A stretch of DNA of 64,000 bases from an uncultured Acidobacteriota bacterium (GCA_963702425.1 CAVPCQ010000018.1:1-64000); one strand, 5' to 3'; shown: positions 38,906 to 49,943, counted from the stretch's first letter. Numbers and translations: made by a program. Notes: generated by a model not told the origin, from the letters alone.

Positions 38906-40280
38906 GCATCACCGCCGAAAGCCCGAGGAAGGTGAAGTAGCCGCTCATATCCGTGCAGGCGGTGACGAACACCCCCGAGGCGACGGCCGGATCGAACCCC
39001 AACCGCTTGAGCAGGATCGGCACCGCCGAGCCCATCAGTCCGGCGACCAGCAGGTTGATCAGGAGTGCGGCCCCGACGATCGCGCCGAGCACCGGGCGAC
39101 CGGACGCCAGCGCGACCCCTCCCGCGATCACCAGGCCGGTGACGGCGCCGAGGCCGAGGCCGATCAGCCCTTCCTTGAAGACCGTCCGTCCCGTGCGGCC
39201 GACCTCGCCCAGCGCCAGGCCGCGCACGATCACCGCCAGCGTCTGCGTCGCGCCGTTGCCGCCGACCCCGGCGACGATCGGTCCGAGCGCGGCGAGCAGC
39301 GGCAGCGCCTCGATCGTGCCCTGGAAGCGGGAGATGATCAGCGCCGCCACCGAGGCCGTGCCGAGGTTGACGAGCAGCCACGGCGCCCGCAGCCGGAGCG
39401 AGCGGCGCGCCGGCGTCTCGGCGGACTCCTCGGGGGAGACACCCGACAGTCCCAGCAGCTCGCGCCCCGCTTCCTCCTCGACGATGTCGATGATGTCGTC
39501 GACGGTGACGATCCCGACCAACTTCTCGTCCTCGTCCACGATCGGCACCGCGAGCAGGCCGTACTCCGAGATCAACTCCGCGACCTCCTCCTGCGGCGTC
39601 TCGGTCGTGGCGCGGATCGCGTCCGGCACCATCACCGACGACAGTTTCTCGGAGGGGGGCCGGATCAGCAGTTGGCGCATGCTGACCACCCCGACCAGCC
39701 GCTCCTCGGCGTCCACGACGTAGAGGTAGAGCACCGTCTCGGCGTCTTCGGCTCGCTTGTGCAGCGCCGCCACGGCCTCGGCGATCGTCATCTCCTGGTG
39801 CAGCGAGAAGAACTCGGTCGTCATCAGCCGGCCGGCGGTGCGCTCCTCGTGCTCGAGCAGCGCGCGCACGTCCTCCCCGGCTTCTTTCTCCATCCGCGAC
39901 AGGACCTCGGCAGCCAGCGGCTCGGGCAGGAGCGAGGCCAGCAGCGTCGCGTCGTCGGCCTGCATCTCGGACAGCAGGCGGGCGATCGCGTCGGGTGGCT
40001 GGCCGTCCAGGAGCGCGACCGCATCGGGACCGTCCATCTCGGTCAGGATCGACGCGACCCGCGCCGGCCCCGACTCCTGGATCAGCGTCTCGAGCAGGCG
40101 CGCCCCCTCGGCCGGCGTCAGCGAGGAGAACAGATGAGCAGCGTCCACCGGATGGATGCGCGCGAACATGTTGGCGACGTTGCCGCGCGCGCCGCGGTGC
40201 AGCAGGCGCCGCACCGTGCCGAGCTGGTAACGGCTGCCGGGTGCGGGGCGCGGCTGCGAATCGTTGGCCGGGGGTTTCAT
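38886..40280 (-). CDS. mgtE: Magnesium transporter
   Basis: TAGRLMTTEF, CBS pair, GIVTVDD, GGNGATQ, DPAVASGVFVT. Confidence 0.95.
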   Translation of the reverse strand: MKPPANDSQPRPAPGSRYQLGTVRRLLHRGARGNVANMFARIHPVDAAHLFSSLTPAEGARLLETLIQESGPARVASILTEMDGPDAVALLDGQPPDAIARLLSEMQADDATLLASLLPEPLAAEVLSRMEKEAGEDVRALLEHEERTAGRLMTTEFFSLHQEMTIAEAVAALHKRAEDAETVLYLYVVDAEERLVGVVSMRQLLIRPPSEKLSSVMVPDAIRATTETPQEEVAELISEYGLLAVPIVDEDEKLVGIVTVDDIIDIVEEEAGRELLGLSGVSPEESAETPARRSLRLRAPWLLVNLGTASVAALIISRFQGTIEALPLLAALGPIVAGVGGNGATQTLAVIVRGLALGEVGRTGRTVFKEGLIGLGLGAVTGLVIAGGVALASGRPVLGAIVGAALLINLLVAGLMGSAVPILLKRLGFDPAVASGVFVTACTDMSGYFTFLGLSAVMLKMLQG

Positions 40281-40370
40281 GGGCCGGTCTCCGGGACGGA
40301 GGAGCTGGGCGGCGATGGTAGCCTAAGCCGGTGCTGAGGCGGACCCGGAGACGGTGGCGAGGAGAGCGGC

Positions 40371-40976
40371 ATGACGACGACGAAACGGGTTTCCCTGGTT
40401 GCCGGTGTGCTCGGTGCGCTGCTCGCCGCGTGGGCGGTCTCAGCCGGCTCCGAGGCGCCTCCGGCCGAGCTCGAGCGGGCTCGCGAGGCCGCCCGGCAGC
40501 TCAAGGGCGAGCTGATGAAGAACCTCACCGCGGCGCTGGCCGAAGGGGGCGCGGCGCAGGGGGTGCGGGTCTGCGCCGAGATCGCGCCGGGAATCGCCGC
40601 CGGCCTCTCGAAGGACGGGATGACGGTCCGCCGCGTCACGACGCGGCCGCGCAACCCCGCCAACGCGCCCGACGCGTGGGAGAAGGAGCAGCTCGACGCG
40701 CTCGCGGCGGCGCACGCGCGAGGCGAGATGCCGTCGGAGATCGTGGAGGTCTCGGAAGCGGTTCCGGCCGACGCCGGCCGCGCGGCCCATCGCGACCTGC
40801 TCTACCTGTCGCCGCTGACGATCGCGGCGCCGTGCCTGCAGTGCCACGGCGACCCGTCGGGGATCGACCCGGCGGTGAAGGCGGCGCTGGCGGAGAAGTA
40901 CCCGCGGGACCAGGCGACGGGCTACAAGGCCGGAGATCTTCGCGGCGCAGTCTCGGTGCGGATCGCGCTGCCCTGA
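40371..40976 (+). CDS. DUF3365 (Tll0287-like) monoheme cytochrome c
   Basis: Signal peptide; RNPANAPDAWE, CLQCH, YPRDQATGYKAGDLRGA. Confidence 0.88.
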   Translation: MTTTKRVSLVAGVLGALLAAWAVSAGSEAPPAELERAREAARQLKGELMKNLTAALAEGGAAQGVRVCAEIAPGIAAGLSKDGMTVRRVTTRPRNPANAPDAWEKEQLDALAAAHARGEMPSEIVEVSEAVPADAGRAAHRDLLYLSPLTIAAPCLQCHGDPSGIDPAVKAALAEKYPRDQATGYKAGDLRGAVSVRIALP

Positions 40977-41106
40977 CCGGAGCTGCCCGGGAAGCGAACT
41001 CCGCACCCCCCACGCCCGACGGTCGCTCCCGGCACGGCGAGTTGGGGAGGCGCGCAGGGCCGGATCTTCGCTGGTGGGGTAGGATGCCGCCCGCGAGGAC
41101 CGTCGA

Positions 41107-41832
41107 ATGTGGCTCTACTCGGTGTTGTCTACCGCCCCCCGGCTCGTCTGGCCGATGATTCGGGCGCGCGCCGAGGGAATCGAGCACGTTCCCGTCGCCG
41201 GTCCCCTGATCGTTGCGACGAACCACTCGTCGTTCATCGATCCGTGGTTCGTCCTCTGCTTCTTCCCGCGCTCGCCTGTCCGGTACCTGGTCACCGCGCG
41301 CTGGTACGAAGGGTCGGCTTTCTGGAAGTGGTTCTTCGACGGGCATTGCTGCATTCCTGCGGCGCTGGAGGATCCCGTCGAGACGATCGGCCGTTCGGTG
41401 GAAGCGCTGCGCCAGGGCGCGACCGTCGGGATCTTCCCGGAGGGGCGCATCTCCCACGACGGCAAGATCCAGCGCGGTCGCGTGGGGATCGGCTGGGCGG
41501 CGGCCCTGACGGGGGTCCCGGTCGTGCCGGCGGCGCTTCACGGCAGCTTCGACGTCCTCCCGCGCGGTCGCCGCTGGCCCCGGCCGGGACGGATCGAGCT
41601 GCGGATCGGTCCGCCGCGGATCTTCCCCGCCCCCGCGTCGATCGACCCAGACCCGGGGATGGTGCGCGACTTCGTCGGCGACGTGATGGAGGATCTCTGC
41701 CGCCTCACGGGGCAGCCGGAGCGGATCGACGCCGTGCGGCCGCGCGTTGCGGTCGATCTCTCGGGGTCGCTTGCGGCGTGGTTCGAACGCCGCGGGCAGG
41801 GCGCGGACGATCGACCGCACCCCACCCGATAA
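41107..41832 (+). CDS. Lysophospholipid acyltransferase (PlsC family)
   Basis: NHSSFID (HxxxxD), IFPEG, VPVVP. Confidence 0.88.
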   Translation: MWLYSVLSTAPRLVWPMIRARAEGIEHVPVAGPLIVATNHSSFIDPWFVLCFFPRSPVRYLVTARWYEGSAFWKWFFDGHCCIPAALEDPVETIGRSVEALRQGATVGIFPEGRISHDGKIQRGRVGIGWAAALTGVPVVPAALHGSFDVLPRGRRWPRPGRIELRIGPPRIFPAPASIDPDPGMVRDFVGDVMEDLCRLTGQPERIDAVRPRVAVDLSGSLAAWFERRGQGADDRPHPTR

Positions 41833-42116
41833 ACGGCTTGCCGGTCCCGGGGTCGTGACGTACAAGAAGGGCTGGACGCGTTCGCACGCGGGGTGAGGGC
41901 GACCTCCCCGGGGACCGCGTGGCCGCCGAAGGACCGGTGCCACAGCTCGCCGAGGTTGTTCGCGCTCTCTCCGACCCCACCAGGGGAGGCTCCCTCCTGC
42001 GTCCCGCGCGCCGGCCGTCGGGGTCGGTCGGCCGCAGAATCCGCCGGGGGAGCCGGGAGACGGTGCACAACTCGTGCTTTCTCGGGGAGCTTGTCCCCGA
42101 GAGCCGGAGGCCCCCG

Positions 42117-45100
42117 GTGAGCCCTGCGCGACGGATCGTGTTCCTGATCGCTGTCCTTTCGCTGCCGCTCGTGGCGTGGCCCGGGTTCGGCCCGGCGTTT
42201 GCTGCCTCGCGGCCACCCTCGGCGCGGCTCGCCGGCCCCGCCCTCCCGTCGAGCGACGCCTCCGGCGTGCCACTCGAAGCCGGCCTCGGAGTGGCCTGTC
42301 GTTCCCCGCTCCCGCTCCTCGTCGCGGCGCAGCAGGACGGCCGCCCGCTCCTGGCGTCGTTCGGCGCCGGGTCCACCGATGCGGCTTGCCTCGACGCGCA
42401 GCGCACATCTCCGCCGGCCCGCCTCGTCGCGCATGCCGGCGGCTTCGCGGCAGCCTGGGTCACCGCCGGGGCTGCTGCCCGTGCCGATGGATCTGGCGTC
42501 GACGCGCTCCACCTCGCGCGGATCGACGGCGCCGGGCAACTGATCGATGGGCACGAGATCGCGAGCGCTCCCAGGGACACGATCGCGGGCGTGGACCTGG
42601 CCGCCGGGCCCGGGCCAACGCTGGGGGTTGCCTGGATCGAGCGCGGCTCCCGGGGCGATCGCGTCCTCGTTACGATCCTCTCCGGACCGGGCGAGTCGGC
42701 GGTGAGCGCGGCCTTCGAATCCGTGACCGGGGCTCGGGCGGAGGCGCCGCGCCTGGCGTGGGACGCGTGGCGCGCGCAATGGTTCGTGCTCTGGATAGAA
42801 CGCGATGGCGACGGGACCCCGGGGCTCCGCTCGGCGCGCCTCGACGCGCGGGCCGGGATCGTTGCGCCGCCGGCGGAGGTCGACGGCGTCCGGCCGGCGG
42901 GGATCGCGATCGCCCTCGGCGAGGGCGTGCTCGCCGTCGCGGTCGACGGCGAACGTGAGCGGCGGCGGGCTGCCGAACTGCGGCTGTTCTCGGTGAACGC
43001 CGAAGGACGGCTCGCCGCGATCGCGCCGCCGATCGCGCTGACGGGCGACCTCCCGGCGGACGAAACGCTCGCGCCGGCCACCGCCTGGGACGCGCTTCGG
43101 GGCGTCTTCTTCGTCGCCTGGCTCGCCCGCCCGGGCGCCGGCGGCGATGCGTCCGGCGCTTCGGTCGCGCTGCGGCTGGCGGCCTTCGATGCGTCGGGCG
43201 ACCCCGTGCAGCGCGCGGTCGAGCTGGCGCGGGACGGTGCGCCGCGCGGCGGCGTGGCGTTGACCGTCTCGGGCGGCCGGCCGCTCGCCTTGTGGGGCGC
43301 GCTCGATGTCGCGCTCGCCGTCGGCCCCCCCGACGACGGCGCGTCGGCGCCGGCCGATCCGCCGGCCGGCCCGCTCGCCCCGCTCGACTGCACGCCTTCG
43401 GACGAGCTCTGCGACGGCACCGACAACGACTGCGACGGCTCCGTCGACGAGGTCACCGGGCCGCGCTACGTCGCGCCGACCGGGAGCGACGCCGCGAACC
43501 TCTGCACCGTCAGCACGGCGCCCTGCGCCACGATCTCTCGCGCCGTGCTCGCCGCCTGCGCCGGCGAGACGGTCAACGTCGCGGAGGGGACCTACAGCGA
43601 GAACGTGACGATCGACAAGCCGCTCGTCGTGGACGCCAGCGGCATCGCCCCCAACACGCAGCTGGCGGGGACCAACACCGGCGACGTGCTGCGGATCCTG
43701 TCCTCCGGCGTGATCTGGGACGGCGTCGAGGTCAGCGGGGCGCCGGGCCATGCCTGTGTGCGCATCGGCGATCCCGCGCACCCGGCGCTGCGCGACGTCT
43801 TCGTCCAGAACATGGCCGCCTACGGCTGCCGCCAGGGGATCGTGCTCGACAGCACCGGCTCGCCCACCGCGGCCGGCCTGTGGAACCGGCTGCTGGCGGT
43901 CGACATCCGCGACGCGGTGGCCGACGGGACGCCCGACAGCGGCGTCGGCCTGCTGGCGATCAACGGCAACGGCAAGCTGGAGCTCAAGGTCAGCCTGATC
44001 CGCAACAACGCCGGCAGCGGCGTGCGGTTCAAGAACCCGGGGACCGGCGGAACGAACCGCACGCTCGTGTTCGCCGGGGACTTCGTCCAGGGGAACGGCC
44101 TGGCCTCGAATGCCGACGGCCGGGCCGGGATCGAGATCGCCGACGCCAGCGAGGTCCGGTTCGAGGGGAACGACGTCAGCCTGCACACCGGCGTCGCCGC
44201 CGGCGACGACGGCCGCGGCATCGTGCTGACCAACGTCGCGAGCGGGACCTTCTACTGCAACCGGATCCGGCAGAACGATACCGGCCTCAACGCGCGCGGG
44301 AGCACCGCGCTCGCGGTGCTGGTCGAGCAGAGCCGGTTCATCAACCACGGCTTCGTGGGCGTGCTGGCCGAGGCCCCCGCCCTGCTGACGATCGGCCGCT
44401 CGATCCTCCAGGGAAACGCGACCGGGCTGGAGAACCGCGGCGGCACGGTCGCGGTCGTTGCGCGGGAAAACTGGTGGGGTGCGGCCAGCGGTCCGGCACC
44501 CGTCGGCACGGGCGACCGCGTCGTCGGGCTGGTGGATACGACCGGCTTCATCGCTCGAACGAACGCCCCCTGGTTCGTCCGGCAGCCGGCCGACTCGGGC
44601 TGGGATCCCGGGCCCGACCTCTGCTTCCAGCGCTTCCAGCCGGCGATCGACGCCGCCGCGGACGGCGACCTGGTCCTGGGTGGACCCGGGACCTACTTCG
44701 AGCACATTGCACTCGCCAAGCGGCTCGACATCGAAGGCACCGCCGCGCCGACAGGCTGCCCACTGAGCGCGATCGACGCGACGCAGAACCCCGGCGAGCA
44801 CCTGCCGGGGATGCGCGTGACCGGCGTGACCGGCCTCACGCTGAAGAACCTCACGATCCACTCCGCTGGCGAGGGGAACCCCTGCGGCGCGGCGACCGGC
44901 GCCGAGATCGGGCTCGATTTCGTCAACGTCTCGAACGCGAGCGTGACCAACCTCTGCCTGTCCGAGAACGGCGTGTCGGAGCTGCGCCTCTACGGCAACT
45001 CCGACGGCAACACCTTCACGAACCTGACGATCGACGGGATGATCCGGAACTTCGCGGGCGAGGACGTCTGCGGCCACCGCTCGCGCGAGGGGATCCTGGT

Positions 45101-47978
45101 CGACGGCGGCCCGGTCTGCGAGGCCGGCAGCGGAGCCTTCGCCAACGGCAACGCGTTCCACGGCGGATCGATCGTCAACGTCGTGCGCGGCGCGGCGCTG
45201 AAGCTCGCGCGCACGACCGCGATCACCGGCTACTCGATCGACGCGACACCCGCGCCGCTGTGGGGGACCGCGAACGCCTACGGAGTGCTCGTCGCCCTCG
45301 CCGAGGACACGCTGATCGACTCCTGCACCCTGGCCAGCAACCAGGCGACCGACCAGGTTCGGATCGAGGGACGCGCCGCGGGGTCGTGCGTCACTGAGCT
45401 CACCAACAGTGCGCGCACGACGGTCTCGAACAGCACGATCCGCCGCGCCACGCAGGCCGGCGTCCACTTCCAGCGCAACGCCGGCGACCCGGGCGCGCCG
45501 ATCCTCAGCCGCCTGAACTGCAACGAGATCACCCAGAACGTCTTCGGGGTGCTGTCCGACGCCGCCGGGATCCCGCCAGGGACCGACAACGCGCTGCGCC
45601 TGAACGACGTGCGGGGCAACACGACGAATGGCATGCGCAACAACGACTCGCCGCCGCTCGAGGCCGCCGCCAACTTCTGGGGCGCCACGAACGGACCGAG
45701 CGGCGCGGGGCCGGGGAGCGGCGACTCGGTCTCCGGGTCGGTCACCTTCTCCCCCTGGCTCACGTCCTCGGTCTTCAACGACTTCGACGGCGACACCTTC
45801 TCGGAGTGCGCGGGCGACTGCAACGACACGGCTGGCGCGATCAACCCGAACGCGACGGAGATCTGCGACGGCCTCGACAACGATTGCGACGGCAGCGTGG
45901 ACGAAGGCGGCCTGACACGGACCTGGTACCGCGATCTCGACGAGGACGGCTACGGCAACCCGGCGGCGACCCAGACGACGGCCTGCGGCGCGGCGGCCCC
46001 ACCCGGGTACGTCGCCAACAACCAGGACTGCGACGATGGCAACGGCAGCCGGTTCCCCGGCAATCCGGAAGTCTGCGACGCGCTGGACAACGACTGCGAT
46101 TCGACGGTGGACGAGGGGCTGTCCCAGAACACCTACTACCGCGACGCCGACGCCGACGGCTACGGCAACCCGTCCCAGACGAGGGGCGACTGCTCGGCGA
46201 CGCCGCCCGCCGGCTACGTCGCCGTCGCCGGCGACTGCAACGACGCGAACCGCGCGATCAACCCGGGAGCGAGCGAGATCTGCACCGACGTGGTCGACAA
46301 CGACTGCGACGGCTCGGTCGATGCCCAGGACACCCCCTGCTCCGGGCTCGGGATCACGAATCTCCGCTTCGTCGCCGGGACGCGGACCGACCTCTCCTGG
46401 AGCACGGCGGCCAGCGCGAGCAGCTATGCGGTCGTGCGCGGGTCGCTCGAGGGGCAGGTCTTCGCGTACAACCACCGCTGCCTGGCCAGCGAGCTGTCCA
46501 CGCCGACTGCCAAGGACACGGCCGTGCCGGTGCCAGGCGCGGCGTACTATTACCTGGCCACCGGGCTGTCGCGGAACCCGACGACGGGAGACCTCATCGG
46601 GGGGCCGCTCGGCAACGCCTCGAACGGCGCGACGCGCCCCGACTCGGCGAGCGTCTCCTGCGGTCCGCGCGTTTACGTCAATCCTGCCGCGGCCGGCGCC
46701 GGCAACGGCCTGTCGTGGGCCGATGCCTACACCACGATCAGCGCTGCGCTCGGCCACCCGAAGGCGCCGAGCCGCGGGCTCGAGATCTGGGCCAGGGGGG
46801 CCTCGACCGGAAAGAACGGCAGCCTCGTCGCGGAGACCCGGCCCGGCGCGATGGTCCTGGGCGGCTTCAACGGAACCGAGACGGCGAACTGGCTGCGCAA
46901 CCCGGCGACGAACCCCACGAGCTGGGCGGGCCAGGCGACCGGCGCGCTGCTGGCGCTGGACCGCTCGAGCATCGTCATCGACGGGGCGACGCTCAGCGGC
47001 TCGCCGACCGGGATCGACGCCACCGTGCGCGGCGGGACGGTCGAGCTGCGCGGCCTGACGATGAACGGGTTCTCGGCGCGCGCGGTCGACCTGCGCGCCG
47101 ACAGCGCGGCAGGGGCGACGCTCGTCGTCGTCGGCAGTACCGTGGGCAGTGGCGGGGCCCAGGCGATCCGGGCGGTCGCGAGCGCCGGAACGCTGTCCGG
47201 CGTGATCCGCGCGAGCACCTTCGACGGCGGGACCGACGCGGCGCTGCGGCTTGAGGCACGGCCGACCGCCGCTGCGGCGACCGTGGCGCTGAAGGTCCTG
47301 TCGAACACCATCCGCGGCGGCGCGGTCGGAATCGTCGCCGGCGCCTACGGCTCCGACAACGGGCTGTCGGCGACCAACTCTTCGACGATCGCGTCGAACC
47401 TGATCCGAACGACGACGGCGGAAGCGTTGCGCGTCGAGGCCGCCGGCAGCTACGCCGCGTTCGCCGGCGCGAACGCCGTGCGCGCCGTGCCGTCCGTGAC
47501 CGGCAACACCTTCACCGACGCCGGGGGAGCGGGCCTGGTGTGCACCGCGACGCGGACCGACACCAGCGGCGTGCCCGGCTCCCACGAGGTGCGGGCGGTG
47601 CCCCAGGTCTGGGACAACCTGATCACTTTCAACGCCTCCCAGGGGATCCGCGAGTCGACGGACAACGTCGCCCAGAACCTGGTCGCCGACCCGGTAGTGA
47701 TCGGCAACGACCTGTTCGGGAACGCGTCGCTCTACCTCGACGAGGGGACCACGACGCTGCCGACGATCGGTGACGTGAACGCCAGGCCCGGCAACCGCGA
47801 GAACTGGTCGACCGATCCGCTCTACGTCAACCGCGCGGCGCGGGACTACAGGCTGCAGGCCGGATCGACGGCGATCAACCGGGCCCACCTGGACGCGCCG
47901 GGCCTGACGACGCTGGACGTCACGGGCGGCCCGCGGGTCAAGGGAACGGCGCCGGATACCGGCGCGAACGAGTGGTAG
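42117..47978 (+). CDS. Giant secreted/surface protein with beta-helix repeats and MopE-like Cys/Asp repeats
   Basis: GGAGG before GTG 42117; signal peptide; four E.C...DNDCD..VD repeats; YVAPTGSD..C....PC.TI; parallel beta-helix; NWWGAASGP / NFWGATNGP; ends DTGANEW. Confidence 0.88.
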   Translation: MSPARRIVFLIAVLSLPLVAWPGFGPAFAASRPPSARLAGPALPSSDASGVPLEAGLGVACRSPLPLLVAAQQDGRPLLASFGAGSTDAACLDAQRTSPPARLVAHAGGFAAAWVTAGAAARADGSGVDALHLARIDGAGQLIDGHEIASAPRDTIAGVDLAAGPGPTLGVAWIERGSRGDRVLVTILSGPGESAVSAAFESVTGARAEAPRLAWDAWRAQWFVLWIERDGDGTPGLRSARLDARAGIVAPPAEVDGVRPAGIAIALGEGVLAVAVDGERERRRAAELRLFSVNAEGRLAAIAPPIALTGDLPADETLAPATAWDALRGVFFVAWLARPGAGGDASGASVALRLAAFDASGDPVQRAVELARDGAPRGGVALTVSGGRPLALWGALDVALAVGPPDDGASAPADPPAGPLAPLDCTPSDELCDGTDNDCDGSVDEVTGPRYVAPTGSDAANLCTVSTAPCATISRAVLAACAGETVNVAEGTYSENVTIDKPLVVDASGIAPNTQLAGTNTGDVLRILSSGVIWDGVEVSGAPGHACVRIGDPAHPALRDVFVQNMAAYGCRQGIVLDSTGSPTAAGLWNRLLAVDIRDAVADGTPDSGVGLLAINGNGKLELKVSLIRNNAGSGVRFKNPGTGGTNRTLVFAGDFVQGNGLASNADGRAGIEIADASEVRFEGNDVSLHTGVAAGDDGRGIVLTNVASGTFYCNRIRQNDTGLNARGSTALAVLVEQSRFINHGFVGVLAEAPALLTIGRSILQGNATGLENRGGTVAVVARENWWGAASGPAPVGTGDRVVGLVDTTGFIARTNAPWFVRQPADSGWDPGPDLCFQRFQPAIDAAADGDLVLGGPGTYFEHIALAKRLDIEGTAAPTGCPLSAIDATQNPGEHLPGMRVTGVTGLTLKNLTIHSAGEGNPCGAATGAEIGLDFVNVSNASVTNLCLSENGVSELRLYGNSDGNTFTNLTIDGMIRNFAGEDVCGHRSREGILVDGGPVCEAGSGAFANGNAFHGGSIVNVVRGAALKLARTTAITGYSIDATPAPLWGTANAYGVLVALAEDTLIDSCTLASNQATDQVRIEGRAAGSCVTELTNSARTTVSNSTIRRATQAGVHFQRNAGDPGAPILSRLNCNEITQNVFGVLSDAAGIPPGTDNALRLNDVRGNTTNGMRNNDSPPLEAAANFWGATNGPSGAGPGSGDSVSGSVTFSPWLTSSVFNDFDGDTFSECAGDCNDTAGAINPNATEICDGLDNDCDGSVDEGGLTRTWYRDLDEDGYGNPAATQTTACGAAAPPGYVANNQDCDDGNGSRFPGNPEVCDALDNDCDSTVDEGLSQNTYYRDADADGYGNPSQTRGDCSATPPAGYVAVAGDCNDANRAINPGASEICTDVVDNDCDGSVDAQDTPCSGLGITNLRFVAGTRTDLSWSTAASASSYAVVRGSLEGQVFAYNHRCLASELSTPTAKDTAVPVPGAAYYYLATGLSRNPTTGDLIGGPLGNASNGATRPDSASVSCGPRVYVNPAAAGAGNGLSWADAYTTISAALGHPKAPSRGLEIWARGASTGKNGSLVAETRPGAMVLGGFNGTETANWLRNPATNPTSWAGQATGALLALDRSSIVIDGATLSGSPTGIDATVRGGTVELRGLTMNGFSARAVDLRADSAAGATLVVVGSTVGSGGAQAIRAVASAGTLSGVIRASTFDGGTDAALRLEARPTAAAATVALKVLSNTIRGGAVGIVAGAYGSDNGLSATNSSTIASNLIRTTTAEALRVEAAGSYAAFAGANAVRAVPSVTGNTFTDAGGAGLVCTATRTDTSGVPGSHEVRAVPQVWDNLITFNASQGIRESTDNVAQNLVADPVVIGNDLFGNASLYLDEGTTTLPTIGDVNARPGNRENWSTDPLYVNRAARDYRLQAGSTAINRAHLDAPGLTTLDVTGGPRVKGTAPDTGANEW

Positions 47979-48087
47979 GGGCCGGCCTCCGTGCCAGCCC
48001 GCACGGCGCACGATCAGTAGGGGCCGGCCTCCGTGCCGGCCCGCACGGCGCAGCTCCTTCCGGGCCGGGACGGAGCCCGGCCCCTAC
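47975..48087. repeat. GTAG-REP palindrome cluster 2
   Basis: Forward units at 47975 and 48017, inverted unit 48062-48087, between convergent genes. Confidence 0.85.
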
Positions 48088-49904
48088 GGCCCGTAGCCGT
48101 TTCCTTCGCAGAAGGTCCGGATCTCCGGGACCTGGGCCGCGAACGGGCGCGCCGCCGCGCAGGCCGATCGCGCCCCGGCGGGATCCCCGCGTCCATCGCG
48201 CGCCATGGCGAGTCCCAGGTGCGCTCTTCCGAGGCGCGGGTCGATCGCCAGCGCGTGCGCGTACAGCGCCTCCGCGGCGGCGAAGCGCCCGGCCAGCAGC
48301 TGCCGCGAGCCCGTGCCGAGCAGCAGGTTGAGCTGATTCGGATGCGCCGCCAGCGCCGGCTCCAGCGCGGCGAGCGACCGCGGGCCATCGGGCTCGCAGG
48401 CGTAGACGACCATCGCCGCGATCCCGCGCTCGCGCCGCAGCCACGGCGCCGAGCGGGGCACGAACGCGGCGTGCGCGAGCGCGTCCTCGCAGTCGCTGGC
48501 AGCCTGGGCGCGAATCGCCTCGCCGAGCGCGGCCTGCGCGTGCAGCTCGCCGCGGCCGGCCCACCCCGCGGCCAGCCCGGCGAGGATCGCTAGCGCTGTG
48601 GTGGCGTGTCGCGCCGAGGCCGGCCAGCCGGGCCGCGGTGCGGCCCAAGCGAGCCCGGCGAGGGTCCAGGTCAGTGCGGCCGTCGCGGGCGAGCGCAGCG
48701 GGAAGCCGACGAGCCCGTGAACGAGCACGCCGGCCAGCGCCGCCGTGCGCGCCGCCGCCGCGGTGTCGCCGCACGTCGCGGCGCGTGCCGAGCGCACGAG
48801 CGCGCCGGCAAGCAACGCGAGCAGGCCGAGCGCGGCCGGCAGCCCGAGTTCCACGGCCAGCTCGAGTGCGTCGTTCTCGGCGTGCTCGGCCTGCCGCTCG
48901 GTTCCGAAGCTGGGCGTCGCGATCGAGCGGGCCTGCACCAGCGGGTAGACGACCGGAAAGCGCCCGGCCCCAACGCCGAGGAGCGGTGCGTCGGCGACGA
49001 GGCCCAGCGTGTTGCGCGCCAGCGCGGCACGGATCTCGACGGTGCGGTCGCCGGCGCGGATGGCTTCGAAGCGCGACGCCAAGGACGGGAGCCGCTCATC
49101 CCGACCGGAGGGCAGGATGAGCCCGAGCGCGGCAAGCACCAGCGCGAAGAGCGCCGGCGCCGCGAGGCGCCTTCTCCCCCGGTCGCCGCCGTGGAGCCGC
49201 ACGCCGCGCGCCGCATACGCCGCCAGCCCGGCGCCGAGCGACCACCCGGCGACCGCGGCGACGATGCCGCCGCGGCTGCGCGTCGCGCCCAGCAGCGCCG
49301 CGCCCAGCCCGGTCCCGATCGCCGCCGCCCAGCGCCCGCTGCGCGTCGTTGCCGTGGCCAGGGCCCACGCACCGAGCGGTACGAGCGCAACGAGGAACTC
49401 GGCCACGGCGACCCGGCTGACGAAGGTCGCGGCCGGTGCGCGCGCCTGCGCGATGCCATCGAAACCGCCCCAGGCCTGCGCCAGACCGAGCGCCCCCAGC
49501 GCCGGCAGCGCGAGCAGCGCCGCGCGACGCAGGCCCTTCAGCACCGCGGGTGCGCCGACGGGGCTCGACGCGGCGAGGGCCAGCAGCCAGGGAGCGGCCA
49601 GCAGCGCCAGGTCGCGCACCACTGTGATTCGCTCGGGTGCGGGCGCAAGCGTGACGCCGGCCAGCCCGAGGGCCACGACCGCGGCGATCGTCCACGCGAG
49701 CGCCGGCGCGGGCGCGAACCCCGGCCGGCGCGACGCGAGCGCGAGCAGCAGCGGCGCGGCGGCTAGCAGCACGGTGCGCCGCGGCGCATCGCCGGGCTGC
49801 TCGAGGCCGGGGAGAAACGACAGCGCGAGCAGGATCAGCACGAGGGCCCACGCCGCGGGCTCGAACTCGGCGGGAATCTGCGGCGGATGGTCCGGCTGTC
49901 TCAC
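48084..49904 (-). CDS. O-antigen ligase (Wzy_C)-like membrane protein with C-terminal TPR
   Basis: Many TM segments; TRSRGG, PLLGVGAGRF, HAENDALELAVELG, HGLVGFPL. Confidence 0.82.
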   Translation of the reverse strand: MRQPDHPPQIPAEFEPAAWALVLILLALSFLPGLEQPGDAPRRTVLLAAAPLLLALASRRPGFAPAPALAWTIAAVVALGLAGVTLAPAPERITVVRDLALLAAPWLLALAASSPVGAPAVLKGLRRAALLALPALGALGLAQAWGGFDGIAQARAPAATFVSRVAVAEFLVALVPLGAWALATATTRSGRWAAAIGTGLGAALLGATRSRGGIVAAVAGWSLGAGLAAYAARGVRLHGGDRGRRRLAAPALFALVLAALGLILPSGRDERLPSLASRFEAIRAGDRTVEIRAALARNTLGLVADAPLLGVGAGRFPVVYPLVQARSIATPSFGTERQAEHAENDALELAVELGLPAALGLLALLAGALVRSARAATCGDTAAAARTAALAGVLVHGLVGFPLRSPATAALTWTLAGLAWAAPRPGWPASARHATTALAILAGLAAGWAGRGELHAQAALGEAIRAQAASDCEDALAHAAFVPRSAPWLRRERGIAAMVVYACEPDGPRSLAALEPALAAHPNQLNLLLGTGSRQLLAGRFAAAEALYAHALAIDPRLGRAHLGLAMARDGRGDPAGARSACAAARPFAAQVPEIRTFCEGNGYGP

Positions 49905-49943
49905 GGAGGCGAGTGTACGGGATCCGGGGACGACCCGGCGCCG

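Noticed and set aside
41538-48011. 2157-aa minus-strand ORF and similar long antisense ORFs (15676-18315, 28817-30658 extension of gltS, 56754-58622)
   Set aside because: Shadow frames of real high-GC genes; Arg/Gly/Ala-rich with no motifs.
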